DNA from: Fusobacteriota bacterium
GTDB lineage: Bacteria; Fusobacteriota; Fusobacteriia; Fusobacteriales; JBNJFI01
Length of the DNA: 64,000 nt
NCBI GenBank assembly: GCA_051746725.1
Contig: JBNJFI010000001.1
Coordinates: forward strand, 23,359 to 87,358
Reading direction: 5' to 3'
A program made the translations under genes and the position numbers. The notes beneath the pieces were generated by a model. The model was not told the origin of the DNA. It did no database searches and saw only the letters and a program-made list of their open reading frames with translations. Shown piece after piece: positions 39,867 to 50,315 of this stretch (its first letter is position 1; every line of letters begins with the position of its first letter).

Positions 39867-41861
39867 TTAAAATAATTGTCCCATGTTAAAATGAAATTTT
39901 CCATTTGATTCATCTTTGTCTCCCAATGGCCAACCATAATCGAATCTCAAAGGACCTATTGGTGTATTTGCTCGAATTCCAAATCCATAACTTTTTTTAA
40001 TATCCTTTAATTTTGAAAAATCTTCAAAGGATTTCCATGAACGTCCCACGTCAAAAAAACCAACTACTTGAATCGTATCATTGAGTTTATAACGATTTTC
40101 AATATTAACATATAGCTCCTCTTCTCCTAAAAACTCATAGTTTCCGTATCCTCTTAACGAGTTTCCTCCTCCAACATAAAATTGTTGAGACTCTGGAGTA
40201 GTATTACTTGCTATTCCTGTAACCATTCTATATGTCAAAGTATTATCTTCAGTTATAAATTCATGATATTTTCTCAATTCTAGTTCAATTGTTGTATAGT
40301 AATCACCTCCAAATTTTAGACCATTAACTAAACCTAATCTCGCGTATTCTCCCTCTGTAGCATTTAGATAATTATTACGTGTATCATAATATATGGAAGG
40401 ATATATTTCAATTATACTAAAATCTCCTCCATTTTTCAAGTTTTCATCCTCATCGTATTCTCTTACTTTTTCAAGTTTTGTTCCTAATTTTATTCTTATT
40501 TTTTCAGTTAAATTTCGTCCCCCTGAAACTGTTAATCCAGTTTTTTCAGTATAGCTATCATCTGAATTTTGAATTTCTTTTTTGTAAAGACTTGTACTAA
40601 AGGACAATCGATCAGTTCCCTTTATCCACGGATCAGAAAAACTTAGTTCATAGGTTCTCTCATCCTTTGATGATATTTCAAAGGATGCTTTTAAATTTTG
40701 AGATTTACCTCTGAAATTATTATCTTGAATATTTACATTTCCTACAAGACCTACAACTGATCCATAGGAAATTCCTCCACTTATAGAACCACTTTTTTGT
40801 TCGTCAAGTTTCAATATAAGAGTTACTTTATTTGGGTCCTCTGGATTTTTTTCAAATTCTTGCTTAATATCTTTAAAATATCCCAATCTAAATATATTTT
40901 GAATAGTTTTTTGCATATCTTCCATTGTAACAGGTTCTCCTTTTTTGAGAACCACTTCTCTTTCTAAAACATATTTTTCAGTTTTTAATCCTTCTCCTTG
41001 TGTAGTAAGATCTCTTTTATTTGAAGAATCTTTTTTTACTTTTTCAAATTTTATCTCTTCTAATATTCCTTCATGAATTTCTATATTCAAATTATAATTA
41101 TTATCTAATCCAACATTTCCAACACTCGCTAAAATATAGCCTTTATCACGATATTTACTTAAAATACTATCTATATCTTCTCTTAAAACTTTTATATTAT
41201 ATACAGAACCTTTTTCTGTTTTAACATTTTCTAATAATTTTTCAGAATTAACTAAAGTATTCCCTAATATCTTAATATCATTTATTACTGGATTTTCTAA
41301 GACATTATATTTAATATGAATTCCACTTTTATATTTTAAAACTTCAGGATTTACATCTCTAAAATATCCCATTTCTAGTATTTTATCTTTGGCGTCTAAA
41401 GTTTTAGTTTTAGAAAAAATAGTCCCTATTTTCATATCTATAACTTTTTTTATTCTTTCTTCTGATATTTCTTCATTTCCATAAATCTCAATAGATTTTA
41501 TTATTAAAGATTTATCAATTTTTTCTCTTTCTGATAGAGGAATTATTTCATCTTCTTTTAATAATTCTTTAATATTTGAAACCTCATTTATTTCTATTAT
41601 TAAATTTATTTTTCCATCTAAAACCTTTGGATAGATTTTAACATCAGATATATATTTACTTTTTACTATTTTTTTATAATCTTCAGTCATTTTTGAGGTT
41701 GAATAAGTTTCTCCTTTTTTGAGATTCATATCCCCTGTTATTAATTCTGCTGGCAATTCATTTTGATTTTTAATTATTACATCTGTTATCTCTAAAGCAT
41801 TATTTTCAGCAAAACCTATAACTGAAATACCTAATAAAAATATTATAAAAATCTTTTTCAC
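39867..41861 (-). CDS. bamA: Omp85/BamA outer membrane protein assembly factor
   Basis: Signal peptide, multiple POTRA repeats (I.I.GN...L..MGYF), NFRG, LRGY (VRGF-like), TPIGPLRFDYG, terminal F. GTG start with a GGAGG RBS. Confidence 0.93.
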   Translation of the reverse strand: MKKIFIIFLLGISVIGFAENNALEITDVIIKNQNELPAELITGDMNLKKGETYSTSKMTEDYKKIVKSKYISDVKIYPKVLDGKINLIIEINEVSNIKELLKEDEIIPLSEREKIDKSLIIKSIEIYGNEEISEERIKKVIDMKIGTIFSKTKTLDAKDKILEMGYFRDVNPEVLKYKSGIHIKYNVLENPVINDIKILGNTLVNSEKLLENVKTEKGSVYNIKVLREDIDSILSKYRDKGYILASVGNVGLDNNYNLNIEIHEGILEEIKFEKVKKDSSNKRDLTTQGEGLKTEKYVLEREVVLKKGEPVTMEDMQKTIQNIFRLGYFKDIKQEFEKNPEDPNKVTLILKLDEQKSGSISGGISYGSVVGLVGNVNIQDNNFRGKSQNLKASFEISSKDERTYELSFSDPWIKGTDRLSFSTSLYKKEIQNSDDSYTEKTGLTVSGGRNLTEKIRIKLGTKLEKVREYDEDENLKNGGDFSIIEIYPSIYYDTRNNYLNATEGEYARLGLVNGLKFGGDYYTTIELELRKYHEFITEDNTLTYRMVTGIASNTTPESQQFYVGGGNSLRGYGNYEFLGEEELYVNIENRYKLNDTIQVVGFFDVGRSWKSFEDFSKLKDIKKSYGFGIRANTPIGPLRFDYGWPLGDKDESNGKFHFNMGQLF

Positions 41862-41929
41862 TTTTTTGCCTCCCGTTTTTTTATTTTATTTCGTAATTTA
41901 TCTAATTTCTTAATCTTATTTTTTTATAT

Positions 41930-44900
41930 CTATTCATTTTCAACTTCTTCATTTGTATATAACTCATTCAAATATAAAAAATCCTTTTTAAATTCAAATC
42001 CTAATCTCAATTCAACTCTTTCATTTATAGCATCATTCCTTACTCCAAAATTAACTCCTGCATTCCCAGGCATCTTATACCTTACTCCTACATCGTATGA
42101 ACTAATTTCTCCAGGTTCAATTTCAGATAACTGTACCTCAGTATTTATAAATAAAAGATCTTTATATACTGGTTGCTCCAAAGACAAATGAAATCCTAAT
42201 CTCAAATCTTGCGTAAAATTCAAATTATCTTCAGCATCTCTTTTTATTAATTCAGAACCTATAGTTAAATTAGAAATACCTAAAATTTCTTCAATTTTTC
42301 TAGAAATAGGGTTAAAAATTTGATTTCGTATTTGGTTATCTAAAAAATCTTTTACAACCCCCTCTGGAGTTGTCTCATTTAATTTGTTGTGGAAAGTTAA
42401 TAACGATATTATCTGATCATATGTTAATCCTGAATCAGAGCTTAATCTAATATCAACATCTCTTAAATAACCTGTGAGATCTACTTGAATTCTCTCATTT
42501 ACAATATTAGTACTTGCAGATATTGCAATTGAAGGATCTAAGTTTTTTATATCTCTATATGGATCATCGAAAACTATAACTCCACTTTCAATATTAAAGT
42601 CGTTTTGATTCCATGTCAATACTCCATCAATTAGAGAAACTGTTCCAACTAGATTAAAAAAGCCCTCGTCATTTTTTAAGGTTCCACTTCCCTCGATATT
42701 TGTTTCTATTGATTTAACAGAAAATATATCATCTAATGTTATGGAAACATTCTTGTTTATATCAACGTTTAAGTTAATGTCATGTTCTAATTTAGGTGCT
42801 TCATCTTCCCCTGAAAACTCTGGTATTTCTCTAATGTTACCATTCGTAATTTCTATGTCTCCTACTATTTTATTCAAATTTATATTTAAATTACCAGCTC
42901 CTTCCACCCAAGAGTATTTTCCAATATCATATTTTATTTTTTTAAAATCAGTATCAAAGTTATAATCGGCAATATCTATATCTATATCAGTTAATGAAAT
43001 ATCTTCTAAATCAGATATTTCCATGTCTATAGTTCCTTGTCCGGTTAAATTCCCCTGGTTAAATTCTCCTGAAAAATTTTCTAATATAATTTTACTTCTA
43101 TCAATTTTTAAATCAAAATATGAATTTTTCAATTTAAATTTATTATCAATTGAAGATATTTTAAAATTCGATACTTTAATCTCACCTTCACTATTGTTGC
43201 TATTTATATCTAGATTAATATCAGCAGTTCCATCCATATCTTTACCATAATCTTTAATTAAAAATGAAAATAATTCTAGATCCATTTTGGCAGCATCAAC
43301 TTGAAAATCATAAGTCAGTGGATCTAAATTCATACCGCCATTTACTTGTATTTTATTATCATTATAAAAAGCTTTTAGTTCTTCAATTTTTATGGATTTG
43401 TTATTACCGCGTATTTCTGAATTTAAATCTTTTACTTTGATTTCTCCCCAACCAAAACTCTTACTACTTATTTTAAAGTCATACTCATATTCATCTTTAC
43501 TTTTTTGAAAATTAACCTCTGTATTTATTGTACCATAAATGTCCGGATAATTCAATTCTTTTAGGTTGATTTCATCACTTAGGTTTAGTTTGATATCATT
43601 ATTTTCTAAATTCCAAAAAGCACTACCGGCTAACAAATCTTGATCTTCATCTCCCTTTAAAGAAAATTTTGAAAAACTAATTACACCGGTTTCTAGAATT
43701 TTAGAAATATTTCCCTTATTATAATTAAAATCAATGGAAAGATCTGGGATATTAACATCTCTATAAAAAATATTATCTAATTTTATTATTCCTACTCCCT
43801 CTAAATCTGAAAACTTCCCCCATAGATCTATCTCTCCTAAAACTCTAAAATTTATATTATCTAATTTTTCCGTATCATAAATATTCGAAAAGTTGTCCTC
43901 GAAAAGATTAATTCTTAGTCGAACATCTTCATTTATTAAGTTTACAGTACCGTTTATTGCATTATTATTTAATTTAAATTTATCAAAAGAGATAATATTA
44001 TCTTGAAAAATAATATCTCCCTTTAGTGAAATATCAGATCCAAAATTTTGTCTTAAAATTCCATCTATATTTCCTGATATCCTGGGCGAATCAAATGAAT
44101 CTTTGATTCTACCTGAAATAGAGTTTACCTTTATATTATACTCTTCAAGGTTGACAAGATCACTTAAAGTATAATTATTAATATTATAACGTAAATCTAA
44201 TTCTTTTTTGTTAATATCTATAATTCCATTAATTCCTAAACTATTATTTCTAAATTTATATATCCTTAATTCATCCTTTTCATAACTAAATTCTAAAACA
44301 ACATCTTTAATGTTTTGTTTCTTATATTGCATATTTCTAATCTGACTGTTTCCACTAATTAAAATGTCATCTTCATATTCAAAGTTTAAGTTCCCTCTTA
44401 TATCATTGAAATTTACTATATGATCAAATTCAGATATATTATAATATATAATGGCGGAACTTTTTTGCAATTTAACTCCTTCAAAGTCCCCCTGGATATT
44501 TAAATCCTTATCTGAATTTTTTTTTAGAAATTCATATTTATTTAAATATTCTTTTGGGATATCCTCTAAGTTGATTTCTCCCTGTTTAATTTCTGAAGTA
44601 TATTTTCCCGTTTCTAAGTTATAATTACCATCTAAATGTACATATGTATCTCCCTTTGAAATTTCTCCCTTTTTTAATATTATTTTTTGATCTTTAATAC
44701 TGCCATCTAAATTTAAATCATAACCATATAAAATATTCGATATTTTTACTGAATTAAATTTTGCATCTTGTATCTTCATCTTATCAAATTCTAGGTATGC
44801 ATAACCTTTCACACCAAATTCATAGTCTTGAAATCTAATCTTTTTTGAATTAGAAATATCCAAATCTATTACTCCAGTTTCATCTCCTTGGTTATACTTT

Positions 44901-46276
44901 GCTTTTAAATTGAAATCAGAGTTATAACTATTTAATTTTATCTTTTTAGTATCCAAATTATAATCAATACTTCCTTTGAAATCCATTGGATTAATTATAT
45001 TTTCTTGATTAAAACTTTTAATAGAATAATCTCCATATAAATTTGAATTTATGAAATCTCCTTGAAATTTTATATTGGCATCAAAAAAGTTTTCATTCTT
45101 TAATTCTAAGTTATTAATTTTAATATCTTTATCTTTTATTTGAAAATCTCCTGTTATGTTTTTAAAATTCATATCGAAAATTTCCAAATTTTCACTTTCT
45201 AGTTTTAAATCTAAGATATTTTCTTGGGAATTATATTTCAAAAAAGGATTTTTAATAATTCCTGAAATAGGAAGTTCCATTTCTTGAACCATTTTATAAT
45301 TATTTACTGTATTAAAATCTATTCTATCGGTTTTTAAAATTATATTAAAATTTTCGTTTTGATAATTTAGATCTGTTTTAATATTTTCTCCATTTACATA
45401 TCCATTTGCTTTTATACTGGCAAAATCACTTCCAAATTTTATACTTCCATTGACTTTTTTTATTCTATTTTCAAAATCAATATATTTTATATCTCCGCCG
45501 GTTAAACTTCCAATACCTGAAATGTTTCCATTCTTCATCTCTATTTTAACATCTATTATCCCCGATTTATAATCTATTAAATCTAAAGTTGGGGTATATT
45601 GCATAAGGGTATTATTTATTTTTACAGATTCTAATTCAAGTATCAAATTTTCTAGATTTCCATCATTTAAGTTAATATCTATTTTATACATTTCTTCTTT
45701 CATTTTTCCCTGAAATTTTATATCTAAATCTTTATTCTTAAAATCAATATATCCATTTACATTATCTAACTTTTTTGTAACCAACTTTTCATGAGAAAAA
45801 TCAGTAAATTTTAATTGGCTATTTAGAATTGTTATTTTATCAATAAAATTCCCATCTTCTGAATTTTTGTTTGAATTATTTTTTTCATCTTGGTTATTAG
45901 TTGCAGTTAACTCATTTATGAAATTACTTTTATAGTCTTCATACATATCATAATTTATGACAGCATTTCTTATTTTTATATTTGATATTTTCCCCATTTT
46001 TAATATACTAAAGTCCACAATGACATCTTGAGCTTCTACCAATTTATGCTTGCTTTTTTCTTTCCATACAACATTTGTAAGTTTAATTGTTCGTATATTT
46101 TCGATGTTAATTTCTTCAAAGGAAATATTTAAATTTGAATATTTCTTTATTAAATCTTGAGATAATTTTTTTAAATTCAATTTCATTGAAACAAAATAAA
46201 AAGAACCCATCCCAATTAATATCATAATGCTTATAAATAAAAATACCCACCGATATTTTTTCAATAACCTTCGCAT
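41930..46276 (-). CDS. tamB: TamB/AsmA-like protein
   Basis: N-terminal TM anchor, about 1400 aa of beta-taco-like repeats, DUF490-like C-terminus (G.L.W....F.IESG.I.F...DP.I.I.A...LSSD..L....I.SLL). Adjacent to bamA. Confidence 0.8.
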   Translation of the reverse strand: MRRLLKKYRWVFLFISIMILIGMGSFYFVSMKLNLKKLSQDLIKKYSNLNISFEEINIENIRTIKLTNVVWKEKSKHKLVEAQDVIVDFSILKMGKISNIKIRNAVINYDMYEDYKSNFINELTATNNQDEKNNSNKNSEDGNFIDKITILNSQLKFTDFSHEKLVTKKLDNVNGYIDFKNKDLDIKFQGKMKEEMYKIDINLNDGNLENLILELESVKINNTLMQYTPTLDLIDYKSGIIDVKIEMKNGNISGIGSLTGGDIKYIDFENRIKKVNGSIKFGSDFASIKANGYVNGENIKTDLNYQNENFNIILKTDRIDFNTVNNYKMVQEMELPISGIIKNPFLKYNSQENILDLKLESENLEIFDMNFKNITGDFQIKDKDIKINNLELKNENFFDANIKFQGDFINSNLYGDYSIKSFNQENIINPMDFKGSIDYNLDTKKIKLNSYNSDFNLKAKYNQGDETGVIDLDISNSKKIRFQDYEFGVKGYAYLEFDKMKIQDAKFNSVKISNILYGYDLNLDGSIKDQKIILKKGEISKGDTYVHLDGNYNLETGKYTSEIKQGEINLEDIPKEYLNKYEFLKKNSDKDLNIQGDFEGVKLQKSSAIIYYNISEFDHIVNFNDIRGNLNFEYEDDILISGNSQIRNMQYKKQNIKDVVLEFSYEKDELRIYKFRNNSLGINGIIDINKKELDLRYNINNYTLSDLVNLEEYNIKVNSISGRIKDSFDSPRISGNIDGILRQNFGSDISLKGDIIFQDNIISFDKFKLNNNAINGTVNLINEDVRLRINLFEDNFSNIYDTEKLDNINFRVLGEIDLWGKFSDLEGVGIIKLDNIFYRDVNIPDLSIDFNYNKGNISKILETGVISFSKFSLKGDEDQDLLAGSAFWNLENNDIKLNLSDEINLKELNYPDIYGTINTEVNFQKSKDEYEYDFKISSKSFGWGEIKVKDLNSEIRGNNKSIKIEELKAFYNDNKIQVNGGMNLDPLTYDFQVDAAKMDLELFSFLIKDYGKDMDGTADINLDINSNNSEGEIKVSNFKISSIDNKFKLKNSYFDLKIDRSKIILENFSGEFNQGNLTGQGTIDMEISDLEDISLTDIDIDIADYNFDTDFKKIKYDIGKYSWVEGAGNLNINLNKIVGDIEITNGNIREIPEFSGEDEAPKLEHDINLNVDINKNVSITLDDIFSVKSIETNIEGSGTLKNDEGFFNLVGTVSLIDGVLTWNQNDFNIESGVIVFDDPYRDIKNLDPSIAISASTNIVNERIQVDLTGYLRDVDIRLSSDSGLTYDQIISLLTFHNKLNETTPEGVVKDFLDNQIRNQIFNPISRKIEEILGISNLTIGSELIKRDAEDNLNFTQDLRLGFHLSLEQPVYKDLLFINTEVQLSEIEPGEISSYDVGVRYKMPGNAGVNFGVRNDAINERVELRLGFEFKKDFLYLNELYTNEEVENE

Positions 46277-46287
46277 TTTACACCTTC

Positions 46288-47664
46288 CTAAAATTCATAG
46301 CTAATACCTAGTAAATATATGTCATCCAAATCATATTTTAGATATACTTTTGTATTTTTAAATTTAAAGTCACTTCCTATATTTAAATTATTATTATCTA
46401 AATCTGTATACAAAAAAGTTAAGTCAAAAAAGTTATTTAACTTATATTTATAATCTAAGGCAAATAAATTATTCTTTACTCCAATTCCAATTTTATTTTT
46501 TCTAATATTTTTACCTAATATTAATTTATAAGACCCTGAACTTTCAATATTTTTAGTTAAATTTAAATCTAAAAAATTATCTGACTTATTATTTATAAGA
46601 TTTATTTCTAAGCCAATACTTTTTTGACCTTCACTATTTATATCAGTTTTCCCAGATATTTCTAATTTATTATTTAAAATATTTTGAATATCTTCTGTTA
46701 CTTTTTCAGTGTCTTCTATTACTTTTTTGATCTGCCCTTTATCTAAATCTTTTAATTTTATTTTAATATCTTGGGTTATCTCTTTAAAACCACCTACTGT
46801 CTCTAATAAACTTGGTCCTATTTCATTAATTTTTTCTATTTTATCAGTTTCTAATTTCTCAGTTAAATCCTTTAATTTTTCTGTCACTTTTTTGAAGTTA
46901 TTTATGATCACGTTGATATCTTCATCATTATTATCTAATGTTTCATGAGTAAGTTTTATAAAATCTTTTAAGAGCGATATTGTCTTATTTATATCCTCTT
47001 GATTGGTATTAATTAGTATATTTAAGTTGTCTACTAATTTATTAGTCTTTGAGGTTAATTCTGTTAGATTTTTTTTATTTTTATTTATAATTTCATTACT
47101 AGTTTTCATTACTTTTTTTGTCTCATCGACTGTCTCGTCTAAGTTAGTTACTAAGTTATTAATATTTTTAAAAGTTTTTTCCGTTTCAGAAAATGATATA
47201 TTATTTAATTTCTGTCCAATTTTTTCTATCGTTTCTACCGATTTCTCGACTTTTTCCATTAAATCTGTTAATGGTACTGGCGATTCCCCTTTTAAGTATT
47301 TCTCCGAATTGTATAATTTACCTTTATTTCTTGGGTTATATAAATTTACATTTACATCTCCTATAAATCCTTTTAAATTAATAACTACTCTTGAATTATT
47401 ATAAACTTTAATCTTCTTTTTTATTGACATTTCGACTATAACATCATCATCTTTTATATATATATCCGAAACCTTTCCTATTTTTACACCACCTAATAAA
47501 ACAGCAGTACCTATTTCTAAATTATTAACACTGTTAAATTTAGATTTAACTATATTATATCTATTTGAAATATGTATCTTATCAAAATAAAACAGTAGTC
47601 CTATTAAAAGGCCTACTGATACTATAATAAAAACTCCCACAGCTATATCTTTTCTTTCTTTCAT
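46288..47664 (-). CDS. mlaD: MlaD/MCE family protein with long helical region and C-terminal beta-strand domain
   Basis: VGVF TM, MCE motif F.SV.NLEIG.AVLLGGVKIGKV..I, about 190-aa helical repeats, C-terminus ending LLGISYEF. Confidence 0.85.
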   Translation of the reverse strand: MKERKDIAVGVFIIVSVGLLIGLLFYFDKIHISNRYNIVKSKFNSVNNLEIGTAVLLGGVKIGKVSDIYIKDDDVIVEMSIKKKIKVYNNSRVVINLKGFIGDVNVNLYNPRNKGKLYNSEKYLKGESPVPLTDLMEKVEKSVETIEKIGQKLNNISFSETEKTFKNINNLVTNLDETVDETKKVMKTSNEIINKNKKNLTELTSKTNKLVDNLNILINTNQEDINKTISLLKDFIKLTHETLDNNDEDINVIINNFKKVTEKLKDLTEKLETDKIEKINEIGPSLLETVGGFKEITQDIKIKLKDLDKGQIKKVIEDTEKVTEDIQNILNNKLEISGKTDINSEGQKSIGLEINLINNKSDNFLDLNLTKNIESSGSYKLILGKNIRKNKIGIGVKNNLFALDYKYKLNNFFDLTFLYTDLDNNNLNIGSDFKFKNTKVYLKYDLDDIYLLGISYEF

Positions 47665-47668
47665 ATTA

Positions 47669-48424
47669 TCACTCCAAACGGTTTAGTTCCATAGGGCCTT
47701 CTCTTTCACCCTCTATAAATTGAATTAGATATGGATTATCCAGTTTTTTCATCTCGGAATTAGTTCCCTCTATTTTTATATCTCCATTATATAATAACCC
47801 TAACCGGTCTCCTACAAAAAAGGCGGATTTCATATTATGAGTTACAATTACAGAAGTAATTCCCAATCTATCACTTAAATCATTAATAAGCTCATCTATG
47901 ACTCTTGCCATTATTGGATCTAAACCTGTGGTAGGTTCATCATAAAACATATACTTAGGCTCTAGAATAATACTACGAGCAAGAGCAACTCTTTTTTGCA
48001 TCCCACCAGACAACTCAGACGGTTTTTTCAATTCTATTCCTTTTAATCCTACAGTTTCAAGTTTTTCTTTTATCTTTTTTTCTCTCTCTTTTTTAGAAAA
48101 TTTAGTATGTTGTAACAATGGAAATTCTAAGTTTTCCTGGACATTCATAGAATCAAATAAAGCAGAATGTTGAAATAAAAAACCACAGTTTTTTCTTATT
48201 TCCTGTATTTCTTTTTTATTGGCATTTACAGAAGATTTATTATCGATTAATATATCTCCATTTGTTGGTTTCATTAAGCCTATGATGTTTTTTAATAAAA
48301 CACTTTTCCCTGATCCAGAAGGTCCTAATATCACATATTTCTCTCCATCTTTGATATTAATATTAATATTATTTAATATTTTCTTTCTTTCAATTATTAC
48401 TTCCAGATTTTTTATCTTTATCAT
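47669..48424 (-). CDS. mlaF: MlaF-type ABC transporter ATP-binding protein
   Basis: GPSGSGKS, FQHSALFDSMNV.EN, PSELSGGMQKRVALAR, YDEPTTGLDP, VTH. Adjacent to the MCE gene. Confidence 0.9.
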   Translation of the reverse strand: MIKIKNLEVIIERKKILNNININIKDGEKYVILGPSGSGKSVLLKNIIGLMKPTNGDILIDNKSSVNANKKEIQEIRKNCGFLFQHSALFDSMNVQENLEFPLLQHTKFSKKEREKKIKEKLETVGLKGIELKKPSELSGGMQKRVALARSIILEPKYMFYDEPTTGLDPIMARVIDELINDLSDRLGITSVIVTHNMKSAFFVGDRLGLLYNGDIKIEGTNSEMKKLDNPYLIQFIEGEREGPMELNRLE

Positions 48425-50312
48425 CTAGATACTCCTCTATATTTAATACCAAATATTGTTTTTTATAATTCAAAGTTTCCTTGGCTGCTATCACATATTT
48501 TCCATATATTTTTATAGGCATTAAATCATCGTTTACAAATGATATTTCTTCTTTATTTTCAAAATTCAGATCATATCTCAAAATTCTGAATTTTTTAGAA
48601 TCAGTTATATAAATTTTATCATCATTAATATATAGACCTTTAATTGATTGATCTCCAAAATCATCAGTATAATAAGCTTCGAATTCTCCATTTTTAAATA
48701 AACTATTATCAAATATATTGATTCTCTTATATAATTCATCAATGACATAAAGCTTCTTTTTGTACACAAATATATCTGTTAAATTATTTTTGAAATATCC
48801 ATCCCATCCAAATTCTCCTGGTTTAAGCTCTTTTTTTAAAACTGATATTAAGGTTGCCTTTTTTCCCATTGTAGTTTTCTTTTGGAAATAATAATCATAT
48901 TTATCAACATCCATATTTTTAGAGTCCATAACGTATATATTATCATTATCTAAACTAAGGTCAAAATTATACCTTATTAATTCAGGATTTTCTTCAAGTT
49001 TTTTAACATAAGATTCATTCTTTAAAGATGGTTTATAAATTGAAAACTCTTCGTAATCACCATATCGACGCAAAACTATTCCTTGCTTATTATATTTTAT
49101 TATCTGGTTTTCTTTTGAAGAAGCAATATATATATTTCCATTTTTACCGATGCCAATACCAGTGGGTTTTTTTCCAATATTATCAATATTTCTTACAAAA
49201 TTCCCCTTTTCATCAAATATTAAAACTTTATTTAGCTCTTCATCTAAAATATATAGCATACCAGATTTATCTACAAAAATATCAACTGGTTTTATATATT
49301 CATAAGATTTAATATTTTTTAATTCCCGTTCTAGTTTTGCTTTGGGTTTTTCACTTCCAGTTTTTAGATAAACAGATAATATTGTATTATCTCTAAGAAA
49401 AAATACTGTATTATTTAAGATAAATAATTGATTTGATTGTATAATTTCGTTTTGTCTTATTTTTTCATTATCTTTTAAAATGTCATATTTTAGCTTAATT
49501 TCATATGATCTCTCCAATGAATAATTTTCTTCATCATCTTCGTCTAATTGTATTTTTGTAGTTGTGACTGTAAAGTCATATATTTTTTCTTTTTTTTCAT
49601 CATATAAATACATTTTATCATCATTCTTTAATATCTTATTTGGAAAATCAATATTATATAATTTAACTTTTTCCTGTAATTCGTATTTTGTTTTATTTTC
49701 TTTCATTATATTTTCTTTCATTATATTTTCTTTTATTATATAAATTTCTTTATTATATGAATCTAATACATAAAATCTATCCCCTTTTTTGATCATAGAA
49801 TAATTAGTCTTATAATAAGGAGTATATACATACTTAAACTTTGGAAGTTGGATTATATTTTCTTGGGAATCTTCCTTGTTTAATATTTGTATCCTATAAT
49901 TATACTCATCAAAAATAAATATTTTATCATCAAACCCATATATATTTCCAGGGTGATTAAAATTATCTCTTCTCATATTGTATTTTCCGATTATAGTTTT
50001 ATCCTTGTTTTTTTTATTGATTTTTATTATTTTATTATTATTACTTTCTGATACATATATATAATTTCCAATTATTTTAAATGCAATGGGATTTTCCAGA
50101 CCTTCAATGGTATCTATTATTTTAAAATTATCATCCATAATTGCAATTTTTCCCAAAATATAATCCATCACATATATATTCTCATTTTCTTTTTGAATAG
50201 ATATCGGATGTTGAAAATCTTTTTTGTCAGTCCCATATGGATTACCAATTATTTCATAACCTATTAAAGAAATTTGACTTACCATAAATATGAAAATTAT
50301 TATTTTTTTCAT
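48390..50312 (-). CDS. Secreted NHL-repeat / beta-propeller protein
   Basis: Signal peptide. Repeats FQHPISI..IYVMD, FNHPGNI..DEYNYRIQ, KPVDIFVDKSGMLYILDE..NKV..FD..G.F. Confidence 0.8.
   Translation of the reverse strand: MKKIIIFIFMVSQISLIGYEIIGNPYGTDKKDFQHPISIQKENENIYVMDYILGKIAIMDDNFKIIDTIEGLENPIAFKIIGNYIYVSESNNNKIIKINKKNKDKTIIGKYNMRRDNFNHPGNIYGFDDKIFIFDEYNYRIQILNKEDSQENIIQLPKFKYVYTPYYKTNYSMIKKGDRFYVLDSYNKEIYIIKENIMKENIMKENKTKYELQEKVKLYNIDFPNKILKNDDKMYLYDEKKEKIYDFTVTTTKIQLDEDDEENYSLERSYEIKLKYDILKDNEKIRQNEIIQSNQLFILNNTVFFLRDNTILSVYLKTGSEKPKAKLERELKNIKSYEYIKPVDIFVDKSGMLYILDEELNKVLIFDEKGNFVRNIDNIGKKPTGIGIGKNGNIYIASSKENQIIKYNKQGIVLRRYGDYEEFSIYKPSLKNESYVKKLEENPELIRYNFDLSLDNDNIYVMDSKNMDVDKYDYYFQKKTTMGKKATLISVLKKELKPGEFGWDGYFKNNLTDIFVYKKKLYVIDELYKRINIFDNSLFKNGEFEAYYTDDFGDQSIKGLYINDDKIYITDSKKFRILRYDLNFENKEEISFVNDDLMPIKIYGKYVIAAKETLNYKKQYLVLNIEEYLDDKDKKSGSNN
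49695..49740. repeat. 15-bp in-frame tandem repeat x3 (IIKEN-IMKEN-IMKEN)
   Basis: attttctttcattat x2 followed by attttcttttattat. Confidence 0.8.
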
Positions 50313-50315
50313 TTT

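Larger units (their letters stand above)
37427..41085. repeat. Direct tandem duplication, unit 1829 bp (37427-39256 / 39256-41085)
   Basis: skp copies are offset by exactly 1829 bp. Both junctions were mapped by eye and share 1 base. Proteins are identical except for 4 residues next to the junction. Confidence 0.95.

Noticed and set aside
39147-41056. Diversity-generating retroelement (TR/VR pair) as the explanation for the clustered bamA differences
   Set aside because: Only 3 of 6 differences are at adenines of the intact copy, the variant tract is not at a C-terminal ligand-binding region, and no reverse transcriptase is present in the window.
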